Source: a virus (Duplodnaviria; Caudoviricetes). From it: a stretch of DNA of 38,394 bases. Position numbers and translations under genes: made by a program. Positions 1-8,138 of this stretch are shown piece by piece. The DNA lies in the IMG/VR virus record IMGVR_UViG_3300044976_000003, positions 1 to 38,394 of that record; one strand, 5' to 3'. Under the pieces are notes generated by a model. It worked only from the letters and a program-made list of their open reading frames with translations, searched no databases and was not told the DNA's origin. Numbering within the stretch: the stretch's first letter is position 1; each line of letters begins with the position of its first letter.

Positions 1-120
1 AATTCTTGCTAGAAGACTTAAGGTGTTGTACCCATACCGAGTGTCAAAGACATACCAGTCATTGAATTCAGTCACAGGATCATAAGGATTGTCAACAGTT
101 GTTAGCATGTGTTTAGCCAT
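1..120 (-). CDS. Conserved phage hypothetical protein (5' part only, runs off the window)
   Basis: Hand-translated: ATG at 120, just after the RNAP stop, gives MAKHMLTTVDNPYDPVTEFNDWYVFDTRYGYNTLSLLARI, open to position 1. Confidence 0.75.
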   Translation of the reverse strand, partial: MAKHMLTTVDNPYDPVTEFNDWYVFDTRYGYNTLSLLARI

Positions 121-122
121 CA

Positions 123-2825
123 CTAATCCTTAATGTTAGTCTTCAATGTAGTAACACTAACACCTAAGGCGTCAGCAACTTCTGCTTGGGTATACCCAGA
201 GGCAAGCATCTGATTAGCACGAGCCTTCTTTGTAGAAGTCATAAGAACTTGTTCTTTAGGTGTAGCTAATTGCTTAACACGTTCTAGATTAGAGTTGTTT
301 AGAATCTGTGTTAGTTGATTGTTACTTAAAGCACCAGCCTGAATGGCTTCCCATTCACGATCCTCTATGTAGATGTCTAACTTAGCGGCCCCTGTTTTAT
401 TACGGGCTTCTGCTAATGATTGTGCAGTAAGCTTCTTAATTTCTTCTTGTGTCATGTTAGGATTAGCTTGCTTCTTTGCGGTTACGGTGGTATTGGAGAT
501 CAACTGGGCTTGTCTTTCCAAAGGGGCATTGCTTTGGGCAAGATTCAATTTAGATTTCAAGGTAGCTGCCTCTTCTTGATACGTAGTCCTAGCTGAATTA
601 TTAACAGGGTTTGGCTTAGTGTTTACCATAGCAAGGCGGGCTTCATTTGCCAGGGCCTTAAGTTTGTTCGAATGGGTAGCATACAGGGTCTCTACAACAG
701 TGCCATCATCAGAGACTAATGCAAATGCATCGGGAGTTTCTGCTAACTTTGTAGACTTACGTTTCTTCGTAATCAACTCACCTTTAGCATTGGTGTATGT
801 TTCTACCCTAGTAGGAGAATACTGTTTCTCTCCAGTACGGGGGTTAATTGGACCTCCGCCTTCAGCTACCCTAGCAGGCTTGTAATCTGGTACCCTAATC
901 TCTGAACCAGCTCGAGAAAGTAACGTTGCTGCACCACCAGCCGTCTTTCCTTCTCCCTTTCCTTGATACTTCTTTCTCAAAGCAGGAATGCCATTATCAA
1001 TAGCTGATTGCTTATAATTCAACTTGTGTTTTTCGGCATCAATTACAACCATCGAATGGCGAACAGCTTGCGCAATTTCATCAAGAGATGCGCCCTTAAT
1101 GGTCATGTCAGTAACAAGATTAGAAATCTTCCCCATCTCCATTTGTGTGCCACTGGGGGTCATTCTTACCATTCCAGGGTAGTCTGGATACTGAGCTTTC
1201 GGGTCAAAGCCCTTCAGTTTTTCAAGAGTGGGGGCTGTTTTTACAAGCTTCCCTGCTGTTTGAGGAATAACAATTACAGTATCGCCATCGAAATCTGCAC
1301 CTGATAGTTTCTCAGCAACTTTGCTATTAATTCCGACAGCATCTTTAGCTCGACCAATTGCTTGCTTTGCAGCGCGATGATTATTGTTCACAACAAGTTC
1401 AGGAATCTCAAAGATACCGCCATGCGGATGTCTGATTAGAACTACCGTCTCGCCATTCCTGTAGTTAGGGGCATAAATTTCAGTTTCCTTCATGTTAGTG
1501 ATAGGTAGAATCACATGATGCGCACTACGTTTCGAAATCGCAGCAGCCTCAAGATGTACGGCGGATGAGTCTACACTATCTGAATACGTTTCCAACAATT
1601 TCTTTCGAACTGTGGGGTTTGTCAAAGCCATGATCTCATCAAATTCTTTACGCTTGTTTTCATATGTGAGATCGAGTTGCGTTTTAATCAATACAGGATG
1701 TTGTTTGGACAACATTTGGGATGAAATAGACTTAGACCATTCTTGCCAATCGCCTTCTTCATTCACAATATTCATTGCTGAAGTAAGTTTATCGTTACCA
1801 TCTTTATCTTTTACAATTATTTGCCGTTTAAGTGAAGCTCCGAAAGGATTCTTTTCATCTATGTTGCCATCGGTGTCCCGCTCCATTTCTTTAAGAACTT
1901 TCATCTTAGGAAATGATTTATCCTTGTTAGTGTTGAACAAGAGATCTACACCATCTGGGAGATCATCCTTGTAAACAGCCATGCCCTTGAGATAGTGCGT
2001 ACCATCAACAGCAATTCTAACTTGGGCATACCTTGACTGACCTAGAGACAAGTCGTCTTTACCAGGCCTGACATAGATAACACCATCTTCTTTAGATCCG
2101 CCATCTTCAGCATAACGAATCCCAACCCGCTTCGAGTCGATAGACATTGGTTTCATCGGAACGAAGTAACTCCGACCTCCATCAGGTGAATATGGGGAGA
2201 TCGATTGAATCTTATTAGGATTCTTAAAGACATCTGAGTATTGGCTGTCTGGACTCCCAAGCACCTTTACCGTGGTGTACTTACCAGGACCGGTTGGCGT
2301 CTTCACATAATGAACCTTGTAGCCTTCAGACTTGCACATTGCAACAGCAGTCTTTAACTTATCGTTGCTAATACCTAGGCCGTTCTCCACGCCTCGCCCG
2401 ATGTCAATATACTCTTTCTCAGCGACCTGGTCCTTCAACATGTTTGCGGTAGTCTTGAGAAGATCATTACGATCTTTCTGACCTGGTTCCAATAGAGCTC
2501 TGACCGACGATTCATTCTTGCCCATCTGGCGACCGATTTCGCTAACGGACATACCTTTGGACTTCAAACGCTCAGCCATAGCAATGTCAGCAGCTTTAGA
2601 TTCATGTTTCGCAATAGACTTCAAAGCTCTTAGATCCGTAGTGGAACTAAGACCCATGCCTTTCGCAATCTCAGGCTCAGACAGGCCTTGCTTCTTCAAC
2701 TTCTCAACTTGGTCAAGAAACGACTTACTTCTTTGTGTGACATCATCCCCTGAGCCCCATGGGTATCTTCCAGAATGCCTAGGGGTTCCATAATGCATCA
2801 GATAGGCTTCTTCTGAAATAATCAC
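123..2825 (-). CDS. Putative single-subunit double-psi-beta-barrel RNA polymerase (YonO/RdRP-like) with N- and C-terminal HTH domains
   Basis: Motifs in the order seen in RdRP/YonO enzymes: EDGVIY, AQVR..LKGM, RHPHG, LSGADFDGD (1281-1295), MGKISN, HSMVVIDAEK. HTH-like segments GLSEPEIAKGMG, GMSVSEIGRQMG and GYTQAEVADALGVS. Confidence 0.8.
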   Translation of the reverse strand: MIISEEAYLMHYGTPRHSGRYPWGSGDDVTQRSKSFLDQVEKLKKQGLSEPEIAKGMGLSSTTDLRALKSIAKHESKAADIAMAERLKSKGMSVSEIGRQMGKNESSVRALLEPGQKDRNDLLKTTANMLKDQVAEKEYIDIGRGVENGLGISNDKLKTAVAMCKSEGYKVHYVKTPTGPGKYTTVKVLGSPDSQYSDVFKNPNKIQSISPYSPDGGRSYFVPMKPMSIDSKRVGIRYAEDGGSKEDGVIYVRPGKDDLSLGQSRYAQVRIAVDGTHYLKGMAVYKDDLPDGVDLLFNTNKDKSFPKMKVLKEMERDTDGNIDEKNPFGASLKRQIIVKDKDGNDKLTSAMNIVNEEGDWQEWSKSISSQMLSKQHPVLIKTQLDLTYENKRKEFDEIMALTNPTVRKKLLETYSDSVDSSAVHLEAAAISKRSAHHVILPITNMKETEIYAPNYRNGETVVLIRHPHGGIFEIPELVVNNNHRAAKQAIGRAKDAVGINSKVAEKLSGADFDGDTVIVIPQTAGKLVKTAPTLEKLKGFDPKAQYPDYPGMVRMTPSGTQMEMGKISNLVTDMTIKGASLDEIAQAVRHSMVVIDAEKHKLNYKQSAIDNGIPALRKKYQGKGEGKTAGGAATLLSRAGSEIRVPDYKPARVAEGGGPINPRTGEKQYSPTRVETYTNAKGELITKKRKSTKLAETPDAFALVSDDGTVVETLYATHSNKLKALANEARLAMVNTKPNPVNNSARTTYQEEAATLKSKLNLAQSNAPLERQAQLISNTTVTAKKQANPNMTQEEIKKLTAQSLAEARNKTGAAKLDIYIEDREWEAIQAGALSNNQLTQILNNSNLERVKQLATPKEQVLMTSTKKARANQMLASGYTQAEVADALGVSVTTLKTNIKD

Positions 2826-3382
2826 AATAACGCCTCCATCTTCATTGCTTTAATACGTCTATCAAATGAAATTATCTTATCCATAATTCGGATTAGGGTT
2901 TCCGGATCTGGAGCAAATATTTGTATCTCATCATTTTGATAAATACGTAGCTCAACCCCGATGTCAAGAGGTTTGGTTCGATACTCCAAACAGAACAACG
3001 CCGCATAGACTTCCAACTGTCTTACTGAAGTTTCATTGATGCCAGTCTTCAAATCATGAATTCGAAGTAACCCTTTGCTGAAAGAAATAGCATCCGCTGT
3101 ACCAAAACAATTCTCAGAATAATATAGGGTCTGCTCTGGTCTCATGCGATAACCAATGGCGTCATTAACATACAAGTTCAAAGTCTTAGGAGACTTAGGT
3201 AACTTGACTCTAAGTCGAATAGCCTCGCAAGCAAATGCATGAAGCTCGGTTCCACGTTGAGCAGCTAGAAATGTCATGTAGACGCGATCTAATTTTTCGT
3301 CGTCGTAATTTGTCCAATGATATTTACTAGCGCTTAGAAACGCGTGCTTTCCTGAGAGGTCGGAATGTGTGTTGAAGATCAC
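2822..3382 (-). CDS. PD-(D/E)XK exonuclease (Cas4/DUF2800-like)
   Basis: HAFLSAS, GTELH, GTADAI, IHDLKTG and QLEVYA motifs. Likely GTG start at 3382 rather than the track start at 3439. Confidence 0.75.
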   Translation of the reverse strand: MIFNTHSDLSGKHAFLSASKYHWTNYDDEKLDRVYMTFLAAQRGTELHAFACEAIRLRVKLPKSPKTLNLYVNDAIGYRMRPEQTLYYSENCFGTADAISFSKGLLRIHDLKTGINETSVRQLEVYAALFCLEYRTKPLDIGVELRIYQNDEIQIFAPDPETLIRIMDKIISFDRRIKAMKMEALL

Positions 3383-3644
3383 GTAGAACGTCCTCCTCAA
3401 TTTCTGGATATATAAAAGAAGCAAACGACATGCGGTCAAGCATGTTTATGTAGTACGCTTGATTCGGTTGGAAACGATGCCTAGCAGATTGTTTGACCTC
3501 AAGCATAGCCCATTTGTTCCGATAAAGAATAAGAAGATCTGGGACTCCTTGAAGATAGGAAGTGTCGTTCTTTAGAATGAAACATCCGTCAAACATTTCC
3601 CTTAGTCTATGGATAAGTTGAGCTTGATAATCTCTCTCTAACAA
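3327..3644 (-). CDS. VRR-NUC domain nuclease (resolvase-like)
   Basis: E..YQ, GVPDLLI, LEVK and QPNQ motifs; GGAGG RBS upstream. Confidence 0.8.
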   Translation of the reverse strand: MLERDYQAQLIHRLREMFDGCFILKNDTSYLQGVPDLLILYRNKWAMLEVKQSARHRFQPNQAYYINMLDRMSFASFIYPEIEEDVLRDLQHTFRPLRKARVSKR

Positions 3645-3676
3645 CTAAACCTCCAAAATAAAGTCCCATCTCCTTT

Positions 3677-3702
3677 CATTATAGCATATGTTGCGAACGC
3701 GT
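3677..3702 (-). promoter_or_regulatory. Phage promoter motif copy (variant ACGC-N15-TATAATG)
   Basis: Plus strand cattata-N15-gcgt, upstream of the VRR-NUC/exonuclease/RNAP genes. Confidence 0.6.
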
Positions 3703-3717
3703 GCGGGTATATAAAAA

Positions 3718-4209
3718 TTATCGATCCCTCAAATGAATGTCATGTGGGAATAACGTATAGTGAATGCTGTTTTTACATCGAACAATATGCATCTCCAATG
3801 CCACGTACAGGATGGCCAGTTCACAATATGTAGAGAAGGTCTCATCAGTCTCAATACTGGTAATACTCCATGGCCGTCTGCATCCTTCTGCGCAACGTTG
3901 ACGTTCTATGTGGTACTTGTAAGCAAACCAGTTTGGTCTCCACTCTAAATTAGTAACATGACAATTAGTTCGGTCTCCATCAATCTGAACAGGGGTATCA
4001 AAAGCTTCAAACCTATGCGGCTTCAAGAATTGTTGTGCAACTAGTTTTGGAACAGATCGTCTATATTGAACACCCTTGCACATCATACCAACTGTTGGTA
4101 TACCTCGTTGGTTGTAAGAACGAGTTAGCAATTTTCCATGCCGGTTAATGACATCTCCAGCCTCATTTATCTGGTAATCAGGAAACTCAGGAATAGGTCG
4201 AAAAAGCAT
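3718..4209 (-). CDS. NUMOD4/HNH-family protein, possibly degenerate
   Basis: IPEFPDYQINEAGDV (NUMOD4-like) and VQIDGDRTNCHVTNLEW (HNH-like). ATG at 4209 with GGAGG RBS. Confidence 0.75.
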   Translation of the reverse strand: MLFRPIPEFPDYQINEAGDVINRHGKLLTRSYNQRGIPTVGMMCKGVQYRRSVPKLVAQQFLKPHRFEAFDTPVQIDGDRTNCHVTNLEWRPNWFAYKYHIERQRCAEGCRRPWSITSIETDETFSTYCELAILYVALEMHIVRCKNSIHYTLFPHDIHLRDR

Positions 4210-4273
4210 TTGTAAAACCTCCTTTTTAACAGTCGTCAAAACGCCACTTTTATGTCGAAGTTAATGCTAGTTA

Positions 4274-4321
4274 TTTTGTAGAAGGTATATAGATTTCTAT
4301 AATTATATACCTTCTACAAAA
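4274..4321. repeat. 18-bp perfect inverted repeat in an AT-rich intergenic region (candidate origin element)
   Basis: TTTTGTAGAAGGTATATA - 12 nt - TATATACCTTCTACAAAA. Confidence 0.9.
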
Positions 4322-4412
4322 ATACCGAACTTAATATAAATAATAAAAGTCGTACATAATGACGGATTGGACCTTTTTTACTCAAGATGGTATATAAAAG
4401 GGCCTTTTTTGG

Positions 4413-5564
4413 TCAAAAAATGTCCGAAATGTCCGATTTGTACCATTTGATTTCATTGAAATTCTGCTTTTGCCGTACGGCAAAAATGACGGCGTCGTCG
4501 TTTTTTTTGACGGAAATTAGCAAATAGTAGAAAAGTTTTTTCCATTTTGTGTCTAAACGATCAATTCTTCCTTTTGCTTGAGCGAAATTTTTGTAAGAAT
4601 ATGTCATGCTGTAAAAAACGACGACATTTGTAGAGGTACAATTCCAACCTTCTGACCCTGCTGCGTACTGTACAAGATAGACCCAACGGTCTGTATTAGG
4701 GATCTCCTCATGCTTATGACCGTTCCATTCTGCCAAAGGAACCTCATCCTTCAACTCTCTAAGAATCTCCAATTCATAGTCAAAGTTGTAGAAAACAATC
4801 AACCTGGGATGGGTATCCATCAAAGCTCGAACTGTCGCTAAACGAGACCGGTCAGAATACAGAACTTTACGAAGCACATAGAACATCTCGGTTATGTCTC
4901 GTAAAGGCCTGTTCTTATATACGTGCCATCGGTCCTTCGCTACAAGGTTATACAGATTCTCGTCATGGCCAACTCTTATGATTATCTCCTCGCTAGTGGT
5001 GTGCATCTGGAAAGGCATTTCCACAAGCAATTCTCTACGAAGCTTATTCAATTTACCTTCATTGAGGTACCTTTCAATCTTAGGGAATTTAGACCAAGAG
5101 CTGAATACTACGTGTTCTCTAAGAAACTCGGTCCTATTCCGGTAGTATCCATTTGCAATAAATACAGGGATATAATCCATCCAAGTATCGCCAGGAGTAG
5201 CCGAGAGTAATATCCAGCGATTGTGCTTTGCGATCTTGAGAAAAGACTTAACCCAAGCGCCACGACCCGCAAGACGTTGTTCATCCATAACAAAGAATGC
5301 ATCTTCAACCCCCTCGTACTTACCTATGTTGTTCCACGAGTCAACCCACATCCCTAAATCTATCCCGAAACCCTTAGCTTCATTCTCCCAATCTTTACTG
5401 TCTCTCTTCTTTGCAGTAGTGATTACATACAAAGGCTTGTCGTATTCGTTCTTACGATAATAACCCAAGGCCGTCTTAGTCTTACCAGTCCCCACTCCTC
5501 CCCACAAGATCTTGCCATTGCTAAGATCCTCGATAGCCTTCTTCTGATGTTCGTACAATTCCAT
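4413..5564 (-). CDS. SF2 (SNF2-like) DNA helicase
   Basis: LYEHQ Q-motif, GVGTGKT Walker A, MDEQ, LSATP and QAKGRIDR motif VI. Confidence 0.9.
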   Translation of the reverse strand: MELYEHQKKAIEDLSNGKILWGGVGTGKTKTALGYYRKNEYDKPLYVITTAKKRDSKDWENEAKGFGIDLGMWVDSWNNIGKYEGVEDAFFVMDEQRLAGRGAWVKSFLKIAKHNRWILLSATPGDTWMDYIPVFIANGYYRNRTEFLREHVVFSSWSKFPKIERYLNEGKLNKLRRELLVEMPFQMHTTSEEIIIRVGHDENLYNLVAKDRWHVYKNRPLRDITEMFYVLRKVLYSDRSRLATVRALMDTHPRLIVFYNFDYELEILRELKDEVPLAEWNGHKHEEIPNTDRWVYLVQYAAGSEGWNCTSTNVVVFYSMTYSYKNFAQAKGRIDRLDTKWKKLFYYLLISVKKNDDAVIFAVRQKQNFNEIKWYKSDISDIF

Positions 5565-5575
5565 ATACCCTCCAG

Positions 5576-5612
5576 AAAACCATAAGCCCGTGTTAGGGGC
5601 TTAGAGGGTTTT
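5576..5612 (-). terminator. Repeated hairpin family A (AAGCCCC-TAACAC-GGGCTT..GGTTTT)
   Basis: Same sequence at 5886 and 20593, variants elsewhere; lies just after a stop codon. Confidence 0.65.
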
Positions 5613-5617
5613 GATTA

Positions 5618-5836
5618 CTAGTGCAGGAATGTGGTTCGGCCAACATATTTATCTAACAAATAACCATTCTCCTTATACATAGAGTCTTTACTTGGCAGAA
5701 TCTCGTTTTGACTTGAGTCTCCTGGGCACCATATTGCTATGGTTTCCACAAAGGCATTGGCAAAATTATGACCAAATACTTTCTCAAGTAGTGGATAATG
5801 GAAAGATTTGTTCGGTATTACATATAGCTCATACAT
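5618..5836 (-). CDS. Hypothetical protein (cassette gene)
   Basis: 72-aa ORF with AAAGGA RBS, between the promoter at 5860 and the hairpin at 5576. Confidence 0.75.
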   Translation of the reverse strand: MYELYVIPNKSFHYPLLEKVFGHNFANAFVETIAIWCPGDSSQNEILPSKDSMYKENGYLLDKYVGRTTFLH

Positions 5837-5859
5837 ACATCGTCCTTTCTAGTAGGTTC

Positions 5860-5885
5860 CATTATAGCAAAAGATTAGTATGCGA
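5860..5885 (-). promoter_or_regulatory. Phage promoter motif TCGC-N15-TATAATG
   Basis: Plus strand cattata gcaaaagattagtat gcga. Confidence 0.75.
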
Positions 5886-5920
5886 AAACCATAAGCCCGT
5901 GTTAGGGGCTTAGAGGGTTT
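5886..5920 (-). terminator. Hairpin family A abutting a promoter
   Basis: aaaccataagcccgtgttaggggcttagagggttt. Confidence 0.65.
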
Positions 5921-5926
5921 AGTGAG

Positions 5927-6100
5927 TCAGTCGGACTTCTCTAGAATTTTGTTACCAATCTTCACAGTTGCATAGAATATCAAACCGTAAGTTCCTCCAA
6001 TAACCGCAGCCTTCTTTAGTTGGTATTTAGTCTCGTTGGGGAGTGCTATCCGGTATGTATTCGAAAGTGCACTGTTGTTCTTGTAAATTACAAATTCCAT
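5927..6100 (-). CDS. Small membrane protein (cassette gene)
   Basis: Start re-set to MEFVIYK, downstream of the promoter and GAAAGGA RBS; hydrophobic AAVIGGTYGLIFYATV. Confidence 0.7.
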   Translation of the reverse strand: MEFVIYKNNSALSNTYRIALPNETKYQLKKAAVIGGTYGLIFYATVKIGNKILEKSD

Positions 6101-6114
6101 TTCTTTCCTTTCCT

Positions 6115-6140
6115 CATTATACAAGATGATCTTCACGCGA
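6115..6140 (-). promoter_or_regulatory. Phage promoter motif TCGC-N15-TATAATG
   Basis: cattata caagatgatcttcac gcga. Confidence 0.75.
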
Positions 6141-6167
6141 AAGCCCTAGCACATGGCTAGGGTGTTT
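6141..6167 (-). terminator. Hairpin family B (CCCTAGC-CATGT-GCTAGGG)
   Basis: Identical 19-mer at 18574-18592. Confidence 0.6.
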
Positions 6168-6168
6168 G

Positions 6169-6387
6169 TCAATCAGTTAATTCCACAAGACCTTTCTCAT
6201 AGTATTGAATGAAGGTTAGAGTAGGGATGGCAACAGTCTGAAACTCAACTTCTTCAATAAATTGCGCGAGTCCATCTTCGTAGAATGCGATATAATTCGC
6301 CTCTTTCGGGATTTCTTCGAAATTCATCAAAGCCAATAAGTGTCTAGACTGTTGGTCTACCTTAATTATACACTTCACAGCATCCAT
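6169..6387 (-). CDS. Hypothetical protein (cassette gene)
   Basis: 72 aa with AAGGAGG RBS, flanked by promoter and hairpin. Confidence 0.75.
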   Translation of the reverse strand: MDAVKCIIKVDQQSRHLLALMNFEEIPKEANYIAFYEDGLAQFIEEVEFQTVAIPTLTFIQYYEKGLVELTD

Positions 6388-6411
6388 AGATCCTCCTTAG
6401 GGTTAACTTCT

Positions 6412-6437
6412 CATTATACCCAGTGATTTCCATGCGA
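6412..6437 (-). promoter_or_regulatory. Phage promoter motif TCGC-N15-TATAATG
   Basis: cattata cccagtgatttccat gcga. Confidence 0.75.
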
Positions 6438-6463
6438 GAACCTATACCACATGGGTATAGGCC
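6438..6463 (-). terminator. Hairpin family C (CCTATACC-CATGT-GGTATAGG)
   Basis: Identical 21-mer at 6681; variant at 19814. Confidence 0.6.
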
Positions 6464-6470
6464 GCAATCT

Positions 6471-6626
6471 CTACTTGGCGTGGGTGGCTTTGTATGAATA
6501 ACCGACTTGGTAAGATCCATCGTCAGGTGAGTGGTGGAAACAGTATGGCTCATCGTCATAGGCAACGATGTTAATACAATCTTCAAAGTCACAGGGATGC
6601 ATTTCGTCCATGTCGTAACTAGACAT
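6471..6626 (-). CDS. 51-aa acidic Cys/His protein (not in the ORF track)
   Basis: MSSYDMDEMHPCDFEDCINIVAYDDEPYCFHHSPDDGSYQVGYSYKATHAK; AAGGAG RBS; fills the cassette between the promoter at 6652 and the hairpin at 6438. Confidence 0.75.
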   Translation of the reverse strand: MSSYDMDEMHPCDFEDCINIVAYDDEPYCFHHSPDDGSYQVGYSYKATHAK

Positions 6627-6651
6627 AATTTCTCCTTCGTTAGTAGTATTC

Positions 6652-6677
6652 CATTATACGAGATGATAAACACGCGA
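6652..6677 (-). promoter_or_regulatory. Phage promoter motif TCGC-N15-TATAATG
   Basis: cattata cgagatgataaacac gcga. Confidence 0.75.
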
Positions 6678-6702
6678 AAACCTATACCACATGGGTATAG
6701 GC
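6678..6702 (-). terminator. Hairpin family C
   Basis: aaacctataccacatgggtatagg. Confidence 0.6.
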
Positions 6703-6714
6703 CTTAAGGGTTAA

Positions 6715-6918
6715 TCAACGGTAAGTATAGAAATCCACTTCATACAATGTCAGAAGGTCCTTGTAGCAGTTCCTGATTTTGGTGTTCTCTTTCGCCATGG
6801 CGTCATGAACCTTGTACATCTTAATAGCGTACTCAATTCGCGTTCCGGGCGTATCGGGAAGACCAGCATCAAGCAACTCTTTTACAAGAGCTTCTTCCAT
6901 CATCTTAGTGATATCCAT
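6715..6918 (-). CDS. Hypothetical protein (cassette gene)
   Basis: Start re-set to MDITK after the GAAAGGA RBS. Confidence 0.7.
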   Translation of the reverse strand: MDITKMMEEALVKELLDAGLPDTPGTRIEYAIKMYKVHDAMAKENTKIRNCYKDLLTLYEVDFYTYR

Positions 6919-6942
6919 TTCATTCCTTTCTTGGTTTGTCCT

Positions 6943-6968
6943 CATTATACGAAATGATCTTCACGCGA
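6943..6968 (-). promoter_or_regulatory. Phage promoter motif TCGC-N15-TATAATG
   Basis: cattata cgaaatgatcttcac gcga. Confidence 0.75.
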
Positions 6969-6984
6969 AAAAAAATAGACCGCG

Positions 6985-7014
6985 AAAAGGGAGGGGCCGG
7001 TTAAGACCCCTCCC
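6985..7014 (-). terminator. Intrinsic terminator
   Basis: GGGAGGGG..CCCCTCCC stem followed by TTTT on the minus strand, after the 7022 stop. Confidence 0.7.
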
Positions 7015-7021
7015 AGATCAC

Positions 7022-7381
7022 CTAAATAATAGGATACACTTCGCCTGGAATTCCAGCTTTACGAGCCTTCTCGATAAAATCGTTAGTTCCTGTGCTGTCG
7101 CTTCGTGGAAAGGCAATCCAGAATTCAACATCAGAAGCTAACATAGCCGCATTCCGTTGTGGTCCTGCCGAACGCCCGTACTTCTGCCATAGAGCTTCAT
7201 ACCGCTCGACGCTAATGTCGTTCTCATCAGCCCACTCATCAGCAAGAGCATCGACACCAGTAGCACCACCATGGAGAATCGTATCGATTTCGTACTTATC
7301 ATGCAAGAAATCAAATACCGTCCAGATATACCGGATGTCCTTCTCGCTTGTCCTACGAGTCCCTGAAACTGCTACTCTCAT
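7022..7381 (-). CDS. SLOG-superfamily protein (DUF2493/YspA-like)
   Basis: RVAVSGTR, ILHGGATGVD, AGPQRN..ML and IAFP...GT motifs. Confidence 0.8.
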   Translation of the reverse strand: MRVAVSGTRRTSEKDIRYIWTVFDFLHDKYEIDTILHGGATGVDALADEWADENDISVERYEALWQKYGRSAGPQRNAAMLASDVEFWIAFPRSDSTGTNDFIEKARKAGIPGEVYPII

Positions 7382-7722
7382 AGTTTGGTCCTTAGGTACT
7401 TGAGCGTATCCGAGAACCCGTTGAGAATATCTACAATCGAGATCTCAACAGATTCTACAGGATCGAAAGTATTTTCGAACGAAGGAGCAGTATACACCTT
7501 GAACCCACTATCCGAAGAGAGGACCCAATCCCCAACATTAGCGATCGTCTGCTTCGGCGAGAGCGGCCGCTTGACATTCACCTTGATCTTAGGGCCATCG
7601 GTTGTTTGAATGATATTGCCATCGCACCACGTGGCTACATCATACATATTCTTAGCTGTAACCCGAACTGCGTCAACCGTAAACGGCTTTCTTAGATAGA
7701 CCCGTACGTCCAGTTCATTCAT
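7378..7722 (-). CDS. Conserved phage protein (RKP..V.AV...VGDWV...FE.TF type)
   Basis: Motif pattern common in small phage proteins; start/stop overlaps with neighbours. Confidence 0.7.
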   Translation of the reverse strand: MNELDVRVYLRKPFTVDAVRVTAKNMYDVATWCDGNIIQTTDGPKIKVNVKRPLSPKQTIANVGDWVLSSDSGFKVYTAPSFENTFDPVESVEISIVDILNGFSDTLKYLRTKL

Positions 7723-7948
7723 TATATGTCAATCCTCTACTCTTGAGTTGCAAAGCTGCCCGGACAGCAGCATCTTGTGATTCGGCCAATTTCAATACAC
7801 ATCTTGTCTTCTCCGGGCCCTCAGGCAAGACCTCAGATACTAATACTGCGAGAGCATTGAACTGGGCACTAATCTTGAATGGTTCGACTTCAGCCCTGAT
7901 CGGTTTATATCCACGAGGAGCATCATATAGTAGTTCTTCTTCAGCCAT
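7715..7948 (-). CDS. Small helical-hairpin protein, paralog of the C-terminal domain of 8135-8698
   Basis: EELLYDAPRG and LPEGPEKT..VLKLAESQDAAVRAAL; start at MAEEE (7948) or at 7957. Confidence 0.7.
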   Translation of the reverse strand: MAEEELLYDAPRGYKPIRAEVEPFKISAQFNALAVLVSEVLPEGPEKTRCVLKLAESQDAAVRAALQLKSRGLTYNE

Positions 7949-8138
7949 GAGCTTCATCCCACAATCTCACAAGCTCCTTGGCAATGGTGATATCATCAAC
8001 CATCCCGATAAGAAGTCCATCGCCATCCGGGTTTGTTATAGGCGTTAGATACAAAGTCCTTCCGACTTTCCTTCCTTGGCGAAGCGTATACATATTCCAC
8101 CGCGGACGGTTATCAGGCTCTGGGAATAGTGCGGTCAT
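7941..8138 (-). CDS. Hypothetical protein
   Basis: 65 aa, ATGA overlap with the upstream gene; RQGRKVGRTLY..LIGMVD. Confidence 0.7.
   Translation of the reverse strand: MTALFPEPDNRPRWNMYTLRQGRKVGRTLYLTPITNPDGDGLLIGMVDDITIAKELVRLWDEAHG

Noticed and set aside
6362-6673. Track ORF of 103 aa
   Set aside because: It runs across two promoters and a hairpin; the RBS-led 51-aa ORF 6471-6626 in another frame fits the cassette
5576-6968. CRISPR-like repeat-spacer array
   Set aside because: The intervening segments are 150-250 bp ORFs of unequal length, the repeats are promoter/terminator junctions, and there is no cas operon. The Cas4-like nuclease is a common standalone phage gene.
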